Counted from the first letter of the stretch, positions 42,032 to 50,324 are shown. The stretch is 50,324 nucleotides of DNA from Candidatus Nanopelagicales bacterium (GCA_051007175.1 JBPCSL010000115.1:1-50324), one strand, 5' to 3'. The notes: a model not told the origin generated them from the letters alone. A program made the numbers and translations.

Positions 42032-43840
42032 ATGGCCGATCGGTTCCCCAGCCCGTTCGACATCGAGACGCCCCCGGGCGCCGAGGGTTGGCAGGAGATG
42101 TACGTCTACTCCTCGCTGTTCAGCGAGTCGAGACGAGATTTCGAAGAGTCCATGTTCTGGTTCCAGGACGGCGTGCACTGGCCCAAGGTTCTGACGCCCT
42201 GGGATGCATCCTTCTACGAGTTTGCCATCGCGTCGCTGTCGCAGTACAACACCCGGCACCTGCAGGTGCCACCGGCGAATGGCATCGCTGCACGCATTCT
42301 CAATGGTTACGCCTATCTGACGCCGGTGCCCGCTGACCCAGCGACCATCGAGACTCGAGTGGCCAACTTCATGGATCGCGCGGGCTTCTACTTCATGAAC
42401 TGGAATGACCTCTACGACAAGTGGATGGTGAAGATCCGCGACCTGGTCAAGGAGCTTGAGGCTGTCAACTTTGAGGTGCTCCCCGAGATTGAGGATGCCG
42501 ATGAGGTCGTGAAGTCCGGGGCAGGCTTGGGTTCGGGGCAGCGCATCCAGGAGAGCTACCGCACGCTTCTCGATCTTGGCCTGAAGTTGTGGAATTACCA
42601 CTTCGAGTTCCTCAACCTGGGCTACGCCGCCTACCTCGACTTCTTCGGCTTCTGCAAGCAGGCCTTCCCCGGCATCCCCGACCTCGCTATCGCGAAGATG
42701 GTCGCGGGCGTGGAGGTCGACCTCTTCCGTCCGGACGAGGAGCTCAAGCGGCTCGCCCGCGTCGCACTCGAGTCCGGGGTGGCCGATGCCTTCGCCGTCG
42801 GGGACGTGGAGCAGACCTGCGAGATCCTCAAGGGCTCCGATGCCGGACGCGCCTGGATCGCGTCCTTCCAGGAGTCCGCCGAGCCGTGGTTCAACTTCTC
42901 CACGGGCTCAGGCTTCTACCACTCCGACAAGATCTGGATCGAGAACGTCGAGATCCCCTTCGACTTCATCAACGACTACATCGTCAAGCTGCAGTCGGGT
43001 GAGGACCTCGCACGTCCCATGGAGGCGATCCGTGCCGAGCGTGATCGCGTGGTCAACGAGTACTCCGAGCTGCTGGCCACCGACGAGGACCGCGAGGCCT
43101 TCCAGTCCAAGCTGGGCCTGGCCCGCGTGGTGTTCCCCTACGTGGAGAACCACAACTTCTACGTGGAGCACTGGAGCCATTCGGTGATCTGGCGCAAGAT
43201 GCGCCAGCTCGGCGAGGTCTTCGTCAAGGAGGGCTTCTGGAGCGAGCCCAACGACATCTTCTACCTCAAGCGCACCGAGGTCGAGGACGCACTGTGGGAC
43301 TACTACATTTCCTGGGCTACTCCGGAGCCGGCGGCAGGCCCAGGACGCTGGCCGGCCATCATCGAGAAGCGCAAGGGCATCTGCAAGGCGCTGAGCACCT
43401 GGAAGCCCGTGCCGGCCCTGGGCGCTCCTCCCGAGGTGATCACCGAGCCCTTCACCGTCATGCTGTGGGGCATCACCTCCGACAGCGTGAGCTCGTGGCT
43501 GGGCGGGGGCGATGCCAAGGAAGGAGAGCTCCGGGGCATGGCGGCATCGCCCGGACTCGTCGAAGGCCCGGCCCGGGTGATTTTCTCGCCCGAGCAGATC
43601 GGCGAGGTGCAGGAGGGCGAGATCCTGGTCGCCCCGCTCACCGCCCCCTCCTGGGCGCCGATCTTCGGCAAGATCCTGGCCACGGTCACCGACACCGGCG
43701 GGATGATGAGCCACGCGGCCATCGTCTGCCGCGAGTACGGCGTGCCGGCAGTCACCGGCACCGGTTTCGCCACGACCAACATCAAGACCGGGGACCGGAT
43801 CCGCGTCGACGGCAACAACGGGGTCGTTACCACCCTGTGA
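42032..43840 (+). CDS. PEP-utilising-enzyme mobile (swivel His) domain protein with large N-terminal domain; phospho-carrier/substrate subunit (PpsA/CreI-like)
   Basis: 602 aa. C-terminal GMAASPGLVEGPARVI...ILVAPLTAPSWAPIF...TDTGGMMSHAAIVCREYGVPAVTG, catalytic His codon at 43712-43714. RBS GGAAGGA. Confidence 0.8.
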   Translation: MADRFPSPFDIETPPGAEGWQEMYVYSSLFSESRRDFEESMFWFQDGVHWPKVLTPWDASFYEFAIASLSQYNTRHLQVPPANGIAARILNGYAYLTPVPADPATIETRVANFMDRAGFYFMNWNDLYDKWMVKIRDLVKELEAVNFEVLPEIEDADEVVKSGAGLGSGQRIQESYRTLLDLGLKLWNYHFEFLNLGYAAYLDFFGFCKQAFPGIPDLAIAKMVAGVEVDLFRPDEELKRLARVALESGVADAFAVGDVEQTCEILKGSDAGRAWIASFQESAEPWFNFSTGSGFYHSDKIWIENVEIPFDFINDYIVKLQSGEDLARPMEAIRAERDRVVNEYSELLATDEDREAFQSKLGLARVVFPYVENHNFYVEHWSHSVIWRKMRQLGEVFVKEGFWSEPNDIFYLKRTEVEDALWDYYISWATPEPAAGPGRWPAIIEKRKGICKALSTWKPVPALGAPPEVITEPFTVMLWGITSDSVSSWLGGGDAKEGELRGMAASPGLVEGPARVIFSPEQIGEVQEGEILVAPLTAPSWAPIFGKILATVTDTGGMMSHAAIVCREYGVPAVTGTGFATTNIKTGDRIRVDGNNGVVTTL

Positions 43841-43848
43841 GGACCGTC

Positions 43849-43884
43849 CTTCCGGGAAGGGGACCAAAGTCCCCTTCCCGGAAG
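43849..43884 (+). promoter_or_regulatory. Perfect 15-bp-stem hairpin / double palindrome between the dikinase and the oxygenase gene
   Basis: CTTCCGGGAAGGGGA-ccaaag-TCCCCTTCCCGGAAG. Each arm itself contains the palindrome CTTCC-N-GGAAG. Could be an attenuator/terminator, an RNA-processing site or an operator. Confidence 0.5.
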
Positions 43885-43989
43885 TGGTTCCGCCGGGAGG
43901 AACATCGAACTCCCGGGCGTCCCGCGCAATGCCTAGCGTCTCCCGCACAACCGCTACCGTCTAAGAACTGGAACGTCGGAGGGACCCAC

Positions 43990-45249
43990 ATGCTGACCGT
44001 CGAACAGAACGAGGAGCTCACCCAGGTCGGCCCCGGCACGCCCATGGGCGAGCTGCTGCGTCGGTACTGGTACCCCATCGCCTTCGAAGAGGACTTCGAC
44101 GGCGTGCCCACCAAGACGGTCCGTCTCCTCAGCGAGGACTGGACGCTCTTCAAGACACCCAAGAGCGGCAGGTATGGAATCGTTGCCGAGCACTGCCCGC
44201 ACCGCAGCGCGTCGCTGACGTACGGCGTGGTGCACGAGGACGGCATCCGCTGCGGCTACCACGGCTGGAAGTGGGACTTCGACGGCAACTGCCTCGAGCA
44301 GCCGGCCGAGGCCGACAACCAGAACTTCCGCGATCGCGTGAAGCAGAAGGCGGGCAAGGCCGAGGTCATGGGCGGCATGATCTGGGTGTATGTCGGACCC
44401 GATCCTGCGCCGGAGCTCCCTCGCTTCGATGTGTTCGTCATGGACGGCGTGAAGGACTGCGGCTACACGACACTCCCGTGCAACTGGCTGCAGATCATGG
44501 AGAACTCCGTAGATCCGCACCATGTCGAGTGGCTGCACGGCTATTACTTCAACTTCATGGGGGAGACCCAGGGCTTCGAGGCGCCGAAGGCCTTCCAGAA
44601 GAAGCACCTTAAGACCGGCTTCGAGGAGATGGAGTGGGGCATTCTCAAGCGCCGGGTGCTCGAGGGCGGGACCGAGGACAATGACGACTGGAAGGTCGGC
44701 CATCCGCTCGTCTTCCCCTACTTCATGCGCGTCGGAGGCGCGGGCATCGACCAGATGCAGATTCGCGTCCCCATCGACGACACCACGACGTGGAAGCTCT
44801 TCTACTCGAATCATGCGCCTACCGGCGGACAGTGGGAGCCGCAAGACAGGCCCGTGTTCTACGAGTACCTGTGGCGCGACGAGCAGGGCCGCTTCATCAC
44901 CGACTACATCGAGGGCCAGGACATCATGGCCTGGGTGAGCCAGGGCGCCGTCACCGACCGGACCCAGGAGCACCTCGGCCGTTCGGATGCCGGCGTGGCG
45001 ATGCTGCGCAAGATGTTCAAGGAGAACATGAAGCGCGTGCAGAACGGCGAGGATCCGCTCGGCACCGTGCGCGAGAAGCACGAGATCATCGTGCTGCCGT
45101 GCGAGCGAGACAAGTTCGGGGCCGAGCGCGAGTTCGCTCAGGCCTGGATCACCGGCGGCTCGTCGCGCTACAGCCCGATCAAGGAGCAGCTGCTCGACTT
45201 GCATGAGCAGGCGTGGGCCGACCGCGAGAAGGCGGGAGCGAGTGCCTGA
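43990..45249 (+). CDS. Rieske non-heme iron oxygenase, alpha-only type (phthalate/KshA/LigXa-like class)
   Basis: RBS GGAGGGA. Rieske CPHRSASL...CGYHGW. Mononuclear Fe motif E-x3-D-x2-H-x4-H = ENSVDPHHVEWLH. No beta-subunit gene adjacent. Confidence 0.85.
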   Translation: MLTVEQNEELTQVGPGTPMGELLRRYWYPIAFEEDFDGVPTKTVRLLSEDWTLFKTPKSGRYGIVAEHCPHRSASLTYGVVHEDGIRCGYHGWKWDFDGNCLEQPAEADNQNFRDRVKQKAGKAEVMGGMIWVYVGPDPAPELPRFDVFVMDGVKDCGYTTLPCNWLQIMENSVDPHHVEWLHGYYFNFMGETQGFEAPKAFQKKHLKTGFEEMEWGILKRRVLEGGTEDNDDWKVGHPLVFPYFMRVGGAGIDQMQIRVPIDDTTTWKLFYSNHAPTGGQWEPQDRPVFYEYLWRDEQGRFITDYIEGQDIMAWVSQGAVTDRTQEHLGRSDAGVAMLRKMFKENMKRVQNGEDPLGTVREKHEIIVLPCERDKFGAEREFAQAWITGGSSRYSPIKEQLLDLHEQAWADREKAGASA

Positions 45250-45535
45250 CGATGCTGTCTCGGATCGGGTGGGAGTCTCCTTGAGCGAGCTCCCACCCGA
45301 TCCGCATCGCCTGCCGCCGCCCGGTGCCTGGTTCGCCCCGGATGCCGAGCGCCACCTGCTCGACCGGCCAAAGTTCTGCCCCATGTGCGCGGCGAGCATC
45401 GAGGTGCATGGCGGGATCTCCACCGAGTACTGGATGGCCGATCAGCGCGTCTTCATGACCTGGTGCGGGGAGTGCGGCTGGTTCGGCGACATCGTGCGCT
45501 ACGACATGGTGACCATCACGGAGGAGGAGCACTGA
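45242..45535 (+). CDS. Small Zn-ribbon protein, unknown function
   Basis: GTG 45242 overlaps the oxygenase stop by 8 nt. CPMC...(25 aa)...CGEC. High GC3. Start uncertain (the ORF is open from 45203). Confidence 0.5.
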   Translation: MPDDAVSDRVGVSLSELPPDPHRLPPPGAWFAPDAERHLLDRPKFCPMCAASIEVHGGISTEYWMADQRVFMTWCGECGWFGDIVRYDMVTITEEEH

Positions 45536-46173
45536 CCGCTCTCGTCTTCGACTTCGGCGGTCCCGTCCTCCTCACGCCCTTCGAGCTTCGTGCCGTCGGC
45601 GAGCGGTCCATGGGACTCCCGGCCGGCACCCTGGCATGGACCGGCCCCTTCGACCCGGCCGCCGACGAGGACTGGCGCGTCTTCCAGGCCGGGGGCATGA
45701 CTGAGCGTGACTACTGGGCACGTCGCTGCGCGGAGTTCCACGAGCTCACCGGTGAGCCTGCGGAGATGCCCGCATTCATGGTGCACCTCTACGACGGCTC
45801 GGAGGACGAGATCGTCCGCCCCGGGGCGACCCGGCTCATTGCCGATGCCAAGGCGGCGGGGCTGCCTGTCGGCGCCCTCACCAACGACCTCACGGCGTTC
45901 CACGACCAGTCCTGGATCGACCGGATGAGCGTGATCGACTCCTTCGATGTCCTCGTCGACGGTCGGCGCGACGGGGTGATGAAGCCCGACCCGGCGGCTT
46001 ACCTGCTCGTCGCCGAGCGCCTGGGCGTGACCCCGCAGGAGTGCGTATTCATTGACGACCAGCCCGGTAATCTCGCGGGAGCTGAGGCTGTCGGGATGCT
46101 GCCGGTCTACCTGGACCCGGTCGATCCCGAGCCCGCCTTCCAGGAGGCGCGGCGCCTGCTCGGCCTCGATTGA
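45532..46173 (+). CDS. HAD-superfamily hydrolase (start codon uncertain)
   Basis: Motif I VFDFGGPVL, motif II LTND, motif IV FIDDQPGN. Candidate CTG start at 45532 has a CTGA overlap and follows GAGGAGGAG. Alternative starts are GTG 45463/45472 or ATG 45385, which overlap the Zn-ribbon ORF by 64-151 nt. Confidence 0.7.
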   Translation: MTALVFDFGGPVLLTPFELRAVGERSMGLPAGTLAWTGPFDPAADEDWRVFQAGGMTERDYWARRCAEFHELTGEPAEMPAFMVHLYDGSEDEIVRPGATRLIADAKAAGLPVGALTNDLTAFHDQSWIDRMSVIDSFDVLVDGRRDGVMKPDPAAYLLVAERLGVTPQECVFIDDQPGNLAGAEAVGMLPVYLDPVDPEPAFQEARRLLGLD

Positions 46174-46182
46174 GGAGTGCAC

Positions 46183-47538
46183 ATGGCACGAGCTCTGAGG
46201 GTGGCGATCGTGGGCTCCGGCCCCTCGGGCATGTACGCCGCCGACGCCCTGACGGCGCAGGACGAGATCCCAGTGTCCGTCGACATCATCGACAAGCTCC
46301 CGACTCCCTTCGGCCTCGTGCGATATGGCGTCGCGCCGGACCACCTCAGCATCCGCTCGGTGCGCGACACCCTCGACAAGATCCTCGACAAGCCGAATGT
46401 GCGCTTCCTCGGCAATGTCGAGATCGGCGCGGACCTCACGCTGGAGCAACTGCGCCAGTTCTATGACGCGATCGTCCTCACCTACGGCGCCTCGCGCGAT
46501 CGCGCACTCGGCATTCCGGGGGAGGGTCTCGACGGTAGCGTGGCCGCCACGGACTTCGTCAACTGGTACACCGGACACCCCGACATGCCCACGGACGCCT
46601 TCACCGGCTTCTTGTCATCCCGTCGGAGCGTCGCGGTGATCGGAGTCGGCAACGTGGCCGTTGATGTCACCAGGGTGCTGTCGAAGGCTCCTGACGAGAT
46701 CGAGCACACCGACATGCCGGAGCATGTCTTCGCCGCCTTGCGCGCGTCGGGGATCACCGATGTGCATGTCATCGGCCGCCGCGGGCCGGCGCAGGCCACC
46801 TGGACGACGAAGGAGCTGCGCGAGCTCGGGGAGCTCGCGCAGGCCCAGGTGATCGTGGCCGAGGGCGGCGCGGTCGATGACCCCGCGAGCCAGCGAGCGG
46901 TCGCCGACGACAAGGCGGTCGCTCGCAATGTCGCGGTGATCGAGGAGTGGGGCCAGCGTGCCGACGATGGCCGGAGCCGGCGCATTCACCTGCACTTCCG
47001 CTGCCGACCCGTGGAGATCCTCGGCAGCGAACGCGTGGAAGGCCTCGTCGTGGAGACGACGGAGGTCGACGCCGACGGCCAGGCGGTGGGCACCGGGGAG
47101 ACCCATGTCATCGCGGTCGACGGGGTGATCAGGAGCGTGGGCTACCGGGGGACAGCGCTCGCGGGCGTCCCCTTCGACGCGAGCCGTCATGTCATCCCCA
47201 ACGCCGACGGCCGCGTCCTCGATGGAGGTGCGATCGTGCCGGGGATCTATGTCGCCGGCTGGATCAAGCGTGGTCCCACGGGGATCATCGGCACCAACAA
47301 GAAGGACGCCGTGCAGACGGTGGCATGCCTCCTCGAGGATGCGGCGGATCCGTCATCCTGGACGGCGACGAGTCCTGATCCCTCTGCCGTGGACGACGCG
47401 CTGGCGGTGATCCCCGTAGTGACGACCGCGGGATGGCGCCGCATCGACGAGGCGGAGCGGGCGCTGGGCGCCGCTCGCGGCCGTGATCGCACGACGCTCC
47501 ACGACCATGACGCCCTGATGGAGGCGGCCCGGCCCTAA
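46183..47538 (+). CDS. fprA: Ferredoxin-NADP+ reductase, adrenodoxin-reductase type (FprA-like)
   Basis: RBS GAGGAG. VAIVGSGPSGMYAA, KLPTPFGLVRYGVAPDH, second Rossmann VAVIGVGNVAVD, GWIKRGPTGIIGTNK. Confidence 0.85.
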   Translation: MARALRVAIVGSGPSGMYAADALTAQDEIPVSVDIIDKLPTPFGLVRYGVAPDHLSIRSVRDTLDKILDKPNVRFLGNVEIGADLTLEQLRQFYDAIVLTYGASRDRALGIPGEGLDGSVAATDFVNWYTGHPDMPTDAFTGFLSSRRSVAVIGVGNVAVDVTRVLSKAPDEIEHTDMPEHVFAALRASGITDVHVIGRRGPAQATWTTKELRELGELAQAQVIVAEGGAVDDPASQRAVADDKAVARNVAVIEEWGQRADDGRSRRIHLHFRCRPVEILGSERVEGLVVETTEVDADGQAVGTGETHVIAVDGVIRSVGYRGTALAGVPFDASRHVIPNADGRVLDGGAIVPGIYVAGWIKRGPTGIIGTNKKDAVQTVACLLEDAADPSSWTATSPDPSAVDDALAVIPVVTTAGWRRIDEAERALGAARGRDRTTLHDHDALMEAARP

Positions 47539-48383
47539 GCGGCGATCCAGTCCGACCAGGGCTCGGGCTCGGCGCCGCACGACGCGGGACGCGTGCCGCC
47601 GGGCACCTGCGTCATGCGCACGGGATCGCAGCCGGCGAAGCGCACCGTCACGGACCCGTCGGGCTCGTCGGTGAGCATCAGACTGCCCGGGTCGGGGGCA
47701 CAGCCCTGCCCGAGGAGATGAATCTCGGCGGCCTGGGCCGCGGGGGGAAGTGATGTTCGACCGCGCATCCAGGGCACGGACCAACGCGAGAGGGATGCAT
47801 CTGCCATCCCGCCATGGCCGTCATCCGACACGAGCCGGCGGGCGACCTCTGCGGTGAGCCGCCCGTAGGCGACACCCTGTCGCACGTCGAGAGCCGTCGG
47901 GGCGAAGCGATGTCCGCCCAGGTGCGAGCACTCCCAGACGAGCGGACTGTCGACGGCCTGGGCCAGCGCGCGCCCGTCGAGACCGCAGCACAGGTCGCGA
48001 CGGGCGTTGGTGCAGATGACGAGTCGGGGTGCCTCCGGATCGGCGGCGAGGAGCCCTTCCGGCGGATGCGCGGGATCCCAGGCGAGCAACTCGCGAGGAT
48101 CGGCCACGACGGCCACGCGCGGCTGAGGATCCCCGGGGAGCGCCCCCGCCACCCAGATACGCACAGGCCCTGACGGGTCCGCCGCGGGATGCCGACCGGT
48201 ACGGCGTACGAGCAGGACACGTCGCTCCGGCGTGCTCGCGAGATCGCGGACGGCCTCCACTCGGCAGGTCGCGAGGGGATCGCGGCCCCACGGCCCCGGG
48301 ACGTCGATGAGCCACCACCATCGGGCCCGCGGGGCCGTGCCGGCCATGACCTCGCGGGCGGCGAGGGGTGAGCAGCGGGTCAT
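47535..48383 (-). CDS. Sucrase/ferredoxin-like (thioredoxin-like [2Fe-2S]) family protein
   Basis: CTNARRDLCCG...CSHLGGHRFAP pattern. ATG 48383 overlaps the parC-like stop (ATGA). Its stop overlaps the fprA stop by 3 nt (CTAA). Confidence 0.65.
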   Translation of the reverse strand: MTRCSPLAAREVMAGTAPRARWWWLIDVPGPWGRDPLATCRVEAVRDLASTPERRVLLVRRTGRHPAADPSGPVRIWVAGALPGDPQPRVAVVADPRELLAWDPAHPPEGLLAADPEAPRLVICTNARRDLCCGLDGRALAQAVDSPLVWECSHLGGHRFAPTALDVRQGVAYGRLTAEVARRLVSDDGHGGMADASLSRWSVPWMRGRTSLPPAAQAAEIHLLGQGCAPDPGSLMLTDEPDGSVTVRFAGCDPVRMTQVPGGTRPASCGAEPEPWSDWIAA

Positions 48384-50324
48384 GGGCCCGACACCGAGCC
48401 CAGGGGCGCCGCGAGCGGGACCCCGGAGGCATCGCGCTTGTCGGTGGGGGCGGGGAGCTCGACGGGCATGCCCGACGGGCTGGACCCGCGCGCAGGGCCC
48501 GGGCCGGCCCACGCGAGCTGCAGGGCATCCTCGCCGCGCAGGAACCGATGGCCGCGCACTCCGGACGTGCCGCGGCCCTTGGCGGGGAACTGGGACAGCG
48601 GCGTGACCTTGACCGAGCCGCCGGCGGTCCCGGGGAGTGCATCTAGGGATCCCGCGACCGTGACGAGGACGGCATCGGGCGATCCCATGGGGATCGCGCC
48701 GCAGTAGACGACGGAGGCGCCGCCGGAGAGTTTGATGCCGGCCATGCCCGCGGCACCGCGACCCTGCACGCGCACCGCCGATGCGGGGAATCGCAGCACC
48801 TGGGCATCGGAGGAGACGAGCACGATCTCGTCGGCGTCCGTGGCCTCGCATGCGCCCACGACCTCGTCGCCGTCGTCGAGATTGATGATGTCCCAGGCAT
48901 CCTTCGAGCCCGGAGCCTCGATGGCTGTGCGCTTGACGGTGCCGCGCTTGGTGCCGACGAGGAGGATCGCGGGAGGCTGAGTCACGTCGACCAGGCCGAG
49001 CACGCGCTCGCCCGCGGGAAGGTCGATGAGTGCGCCGAGCGGGGCGCCGCCCGCAAGGGAAGGAGCTTGCGCGGTCGTCGGGAGGGCCGGCAGGTCGACC
49101 ACGGAAAGACGCAGCGCTCGGCCTCGCGAGGTGATGAGGGCCACGCTTCCTCGCGTGGTCGCTGTCGTGCTGGCGACGATGACGTCGTGGCTCGTGCGCG
49201 GACCCTCGCGGCCGATATCGGTCCCGGCCGTGCGGGCGATGAGCCCGGTGCCGGACAGCATGACCCGGCAGGGTGCGTCCGCGACCTCGAGTGGCACATC
49301 GGGGAGCGCTGCGGCGCCGGAGTCCTCGAGCAGCACGGTGCGCCTCGGCGTCGCGTGCTCTTCCGCCGCGGCGAGGAGCTCATCGGCGATGGCCGTGCGC
49401 AGGAGCGCCTCGTCCTCGAGGAGGGCGGTGAGGCGGGTGATGGTGTCGCGCAGCTGGGAGCGCTCCTCCTCCAGCTCGATGCGCGAGAACTTGGTGAGCC
49501 GTCGCAGGGGCATGTCGAGGATGTAGGACGCCTGCTCCTGGCTTAGGTCGAAGACCGACATGAGGCGCTCGCGCGCCTGCCCGGCGTCGTCGCTCGAGCG
49601 GATCACCTCGATGACCTCATCGATGTCGAGGATGGCGACGAGCAGTCCGTCGACGAGGTGCAGACGATCACTGGCCCGCCGGCGCCGGAACTCGCTACGA
49701 CGGCGTACGACGTCCAGGCGATGCCCGACGAAGACCTCGAGTTGCTCGCGCAGGCCCAGCGTGCGCGGCTCGCCGTCCACCAGGGCCACGGCGTTGATGT
49801 TGAAGGCTTCCTCGAGCGGGGTGAGCCGGTAGAGCTGGGTCAGCAGCGCCTCGGGGTTGACGGAGGGGGCCACCTCGATGACGAGCCGCAGCCCGTGCTG
49901 TCCGTCGGTGAGGTCGACGATGTCGGAGATCCCCTGCACCTTCTTGGCCGAGACGAGTTCCTTAATGCGCTCGATGACGCGCTCGGGCCCCACGCCCAGC
50001 GGGAGCTCTGTCACGACGATGCCCCGCCGGCGCGGGGTGACCTGCTCGATACGGCAGGTGGCCCGCATGCGGAAGGAGCCTCGCCCGGTGCGGTAGGCAT
50101 CGCGGACGCCGTCGAGCCCCACGATGGTGCCCCCGCCGGGAAGGTCGGGCCCGGGGACGAAGCGCATGAGCTCGTCGTCGGTGGCCTCGGGATGCAGCAC
50201 GAGATGGCGCGCCGCGGCGACGACCTCGCCGAGGTTGTGCGGCGCCATGCTCGTGGCCATGCCCACGGCGATGCCCGAGGCGCCGTTGACGAGGAGTGCG
50301 GGGATGGCAGCCGGCAGGACCTGG
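48380..50324 (-). CDS. parC: Type IIA DNA topoisomerase subunit A (ParC-like / GyrA paralogue), N-terminus outside window
   Basis: Frame stays open to the window edge (…[24 protein letters not shown]…), so the ORF-track Met at 50266 is internal. Includes the C-terminal beta-pinwheel region. Confidence 0.85.
   Translation of the reverse strand, partial: QVLPAAIPALLVNGASGIAVGMATSMAPHNLGEVVAAARHLVLHPEATDDELMRFVPGPDLPGGGTIVGLDGVRDAYRTGRGSFRMRATCRIEQVTPRRRGIVVTELPLGVGPERVIERIKELVSAKKVQGISDIVDLTDGQHGLRLVIEVAPSVNPEALLTQLYRLTPLEEAFNINAVALVDGEPRTLGLREQLEVFVGHRLDVVRRRSEFRRRRASDRLHLVDGLLVAILDIDEVIEVIRSSDDAGQARERLMSVFDLSQEQASYILDMPLRRLTKFSRIELEEERSQLRDTITRLTALLEDEALLRTAIADELLAAAEEHATPRRTVLLEDSGAAALPDVPLEVADAPCRVMLSGTGLIARTAGTDIGREGPRTSHDVIVASTTATTRGSVALITSRGRALRLSVVDLPALPTTAQAPSLAGGAPLGALIDLPAGERVLGLVDVTQPPAILLVGTKRGTVKRTAIEAPGSKDAWDIINLDDGDEVVGACEATDADEIVLVSSDAQVLRFPASAVRVQGRGAAGMAGIKLSGGASVVYCGAIPMGSPDAVLVTVAGSLDALPGTAGGSVKVTPLSQFPAKGRGTSGVRGHRFLRGEDALQLAWAGPGPARGSSPSGMPVELPAPTDKRDASGVPLAAPLGSVSGP

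Noticed and set aside
40894-43840. Interpretation as a bona fide anaerobic phenol pathway (phenylphosphate synthase + carboxylase), or as ordinary PEP synthase/PPDK.
   Set aside because: No UbiD/UbiX-type phenylphosphate carboxylase genes and no CBS-domain third subunit are nearby. All neighbours are O2-dependent enzymes. No PEP/pyruvate TIM-barrel domain is present, so a gluconeogenic PEP synthase role is unlikely.
47535-47538. Stop-codon overlap of convergent fprA and the sucrase/ferredoxin-like gene, and the 17-nt and 32-nt convergent overlaps at 4839-4855 and 16552-16583, as possible antisense regulatory devices.
   Set aside because: Short convergent 3' overlaps are common in compact high-GC genomes. 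No additional structure or conservation evidence is available from the sequence alone.
48380-50266. Treating the 628-aa ORF as a complete gene starting at Met 50266.
   Set aside because: The frame stays open to the window edge, and the upstream residues ([11 protein letters not shown]) are the conserved GyrA/ParC motif. The gene is therefore truncated by the window.

Overview
High-GC Actinomycetota chromosomal segment with dense coding and many 4-nt (ATGA/GTGA) gene overlaps. By eye there are no rRNA or tRNA genes, CRISPR arrays, transposases or integrases. The first ~30 kb is core-type: partial glycosyltransferase, dapF-hflX-dinG-like helicase, lexA divergent from a LysM (ChiZ-like) gene with two SOS boxes, and nrdR-nrdJ. 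It continues with a copper amine oxidase, a BVMO-SDR-PBP4-FAD oxidase string, an AI-2E permease, and a SAM-IV riboswitch ahead of metY-metX. It ends with the principal sigma factor, which has a PAKKA-repeat tail, and a type IIA topoisomerase B subunit (parE-like). The matching A subunit (parC-like, truncated by the window edge) lies ~18 kb further on. Between them sits a ~17 kb catabolic block with three parts. (i) sbtA-sbtB-like bicarbonate transporter genes. (ii) A nine-gene minus-strand operon: unknown protein, IclR, xylJQKIH-order meta-cleavage lower pathway, Rieske ferredoxin, beta-carbonic anhydrase. (iii) A plus-strand string: two tandem extradiol dioxygenases, a histidine phosphatase, a split PEP-synthase-like dikinase (PpsB/PpsA or CreH/CreI architecture), an alpha-only Rieske oxygenase, a Zn-ribbon protein, a HAD hydrolase and an FprA-type reductase. 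Part (iii) is the most interesting candidate: an apparently undescribed aerobic phosphorylate-oxygenate-dephosphorylate route feeding a meta-cleavage pathway. All functional calls rest on motif recognition in the translated ORFs; no database search was possible.
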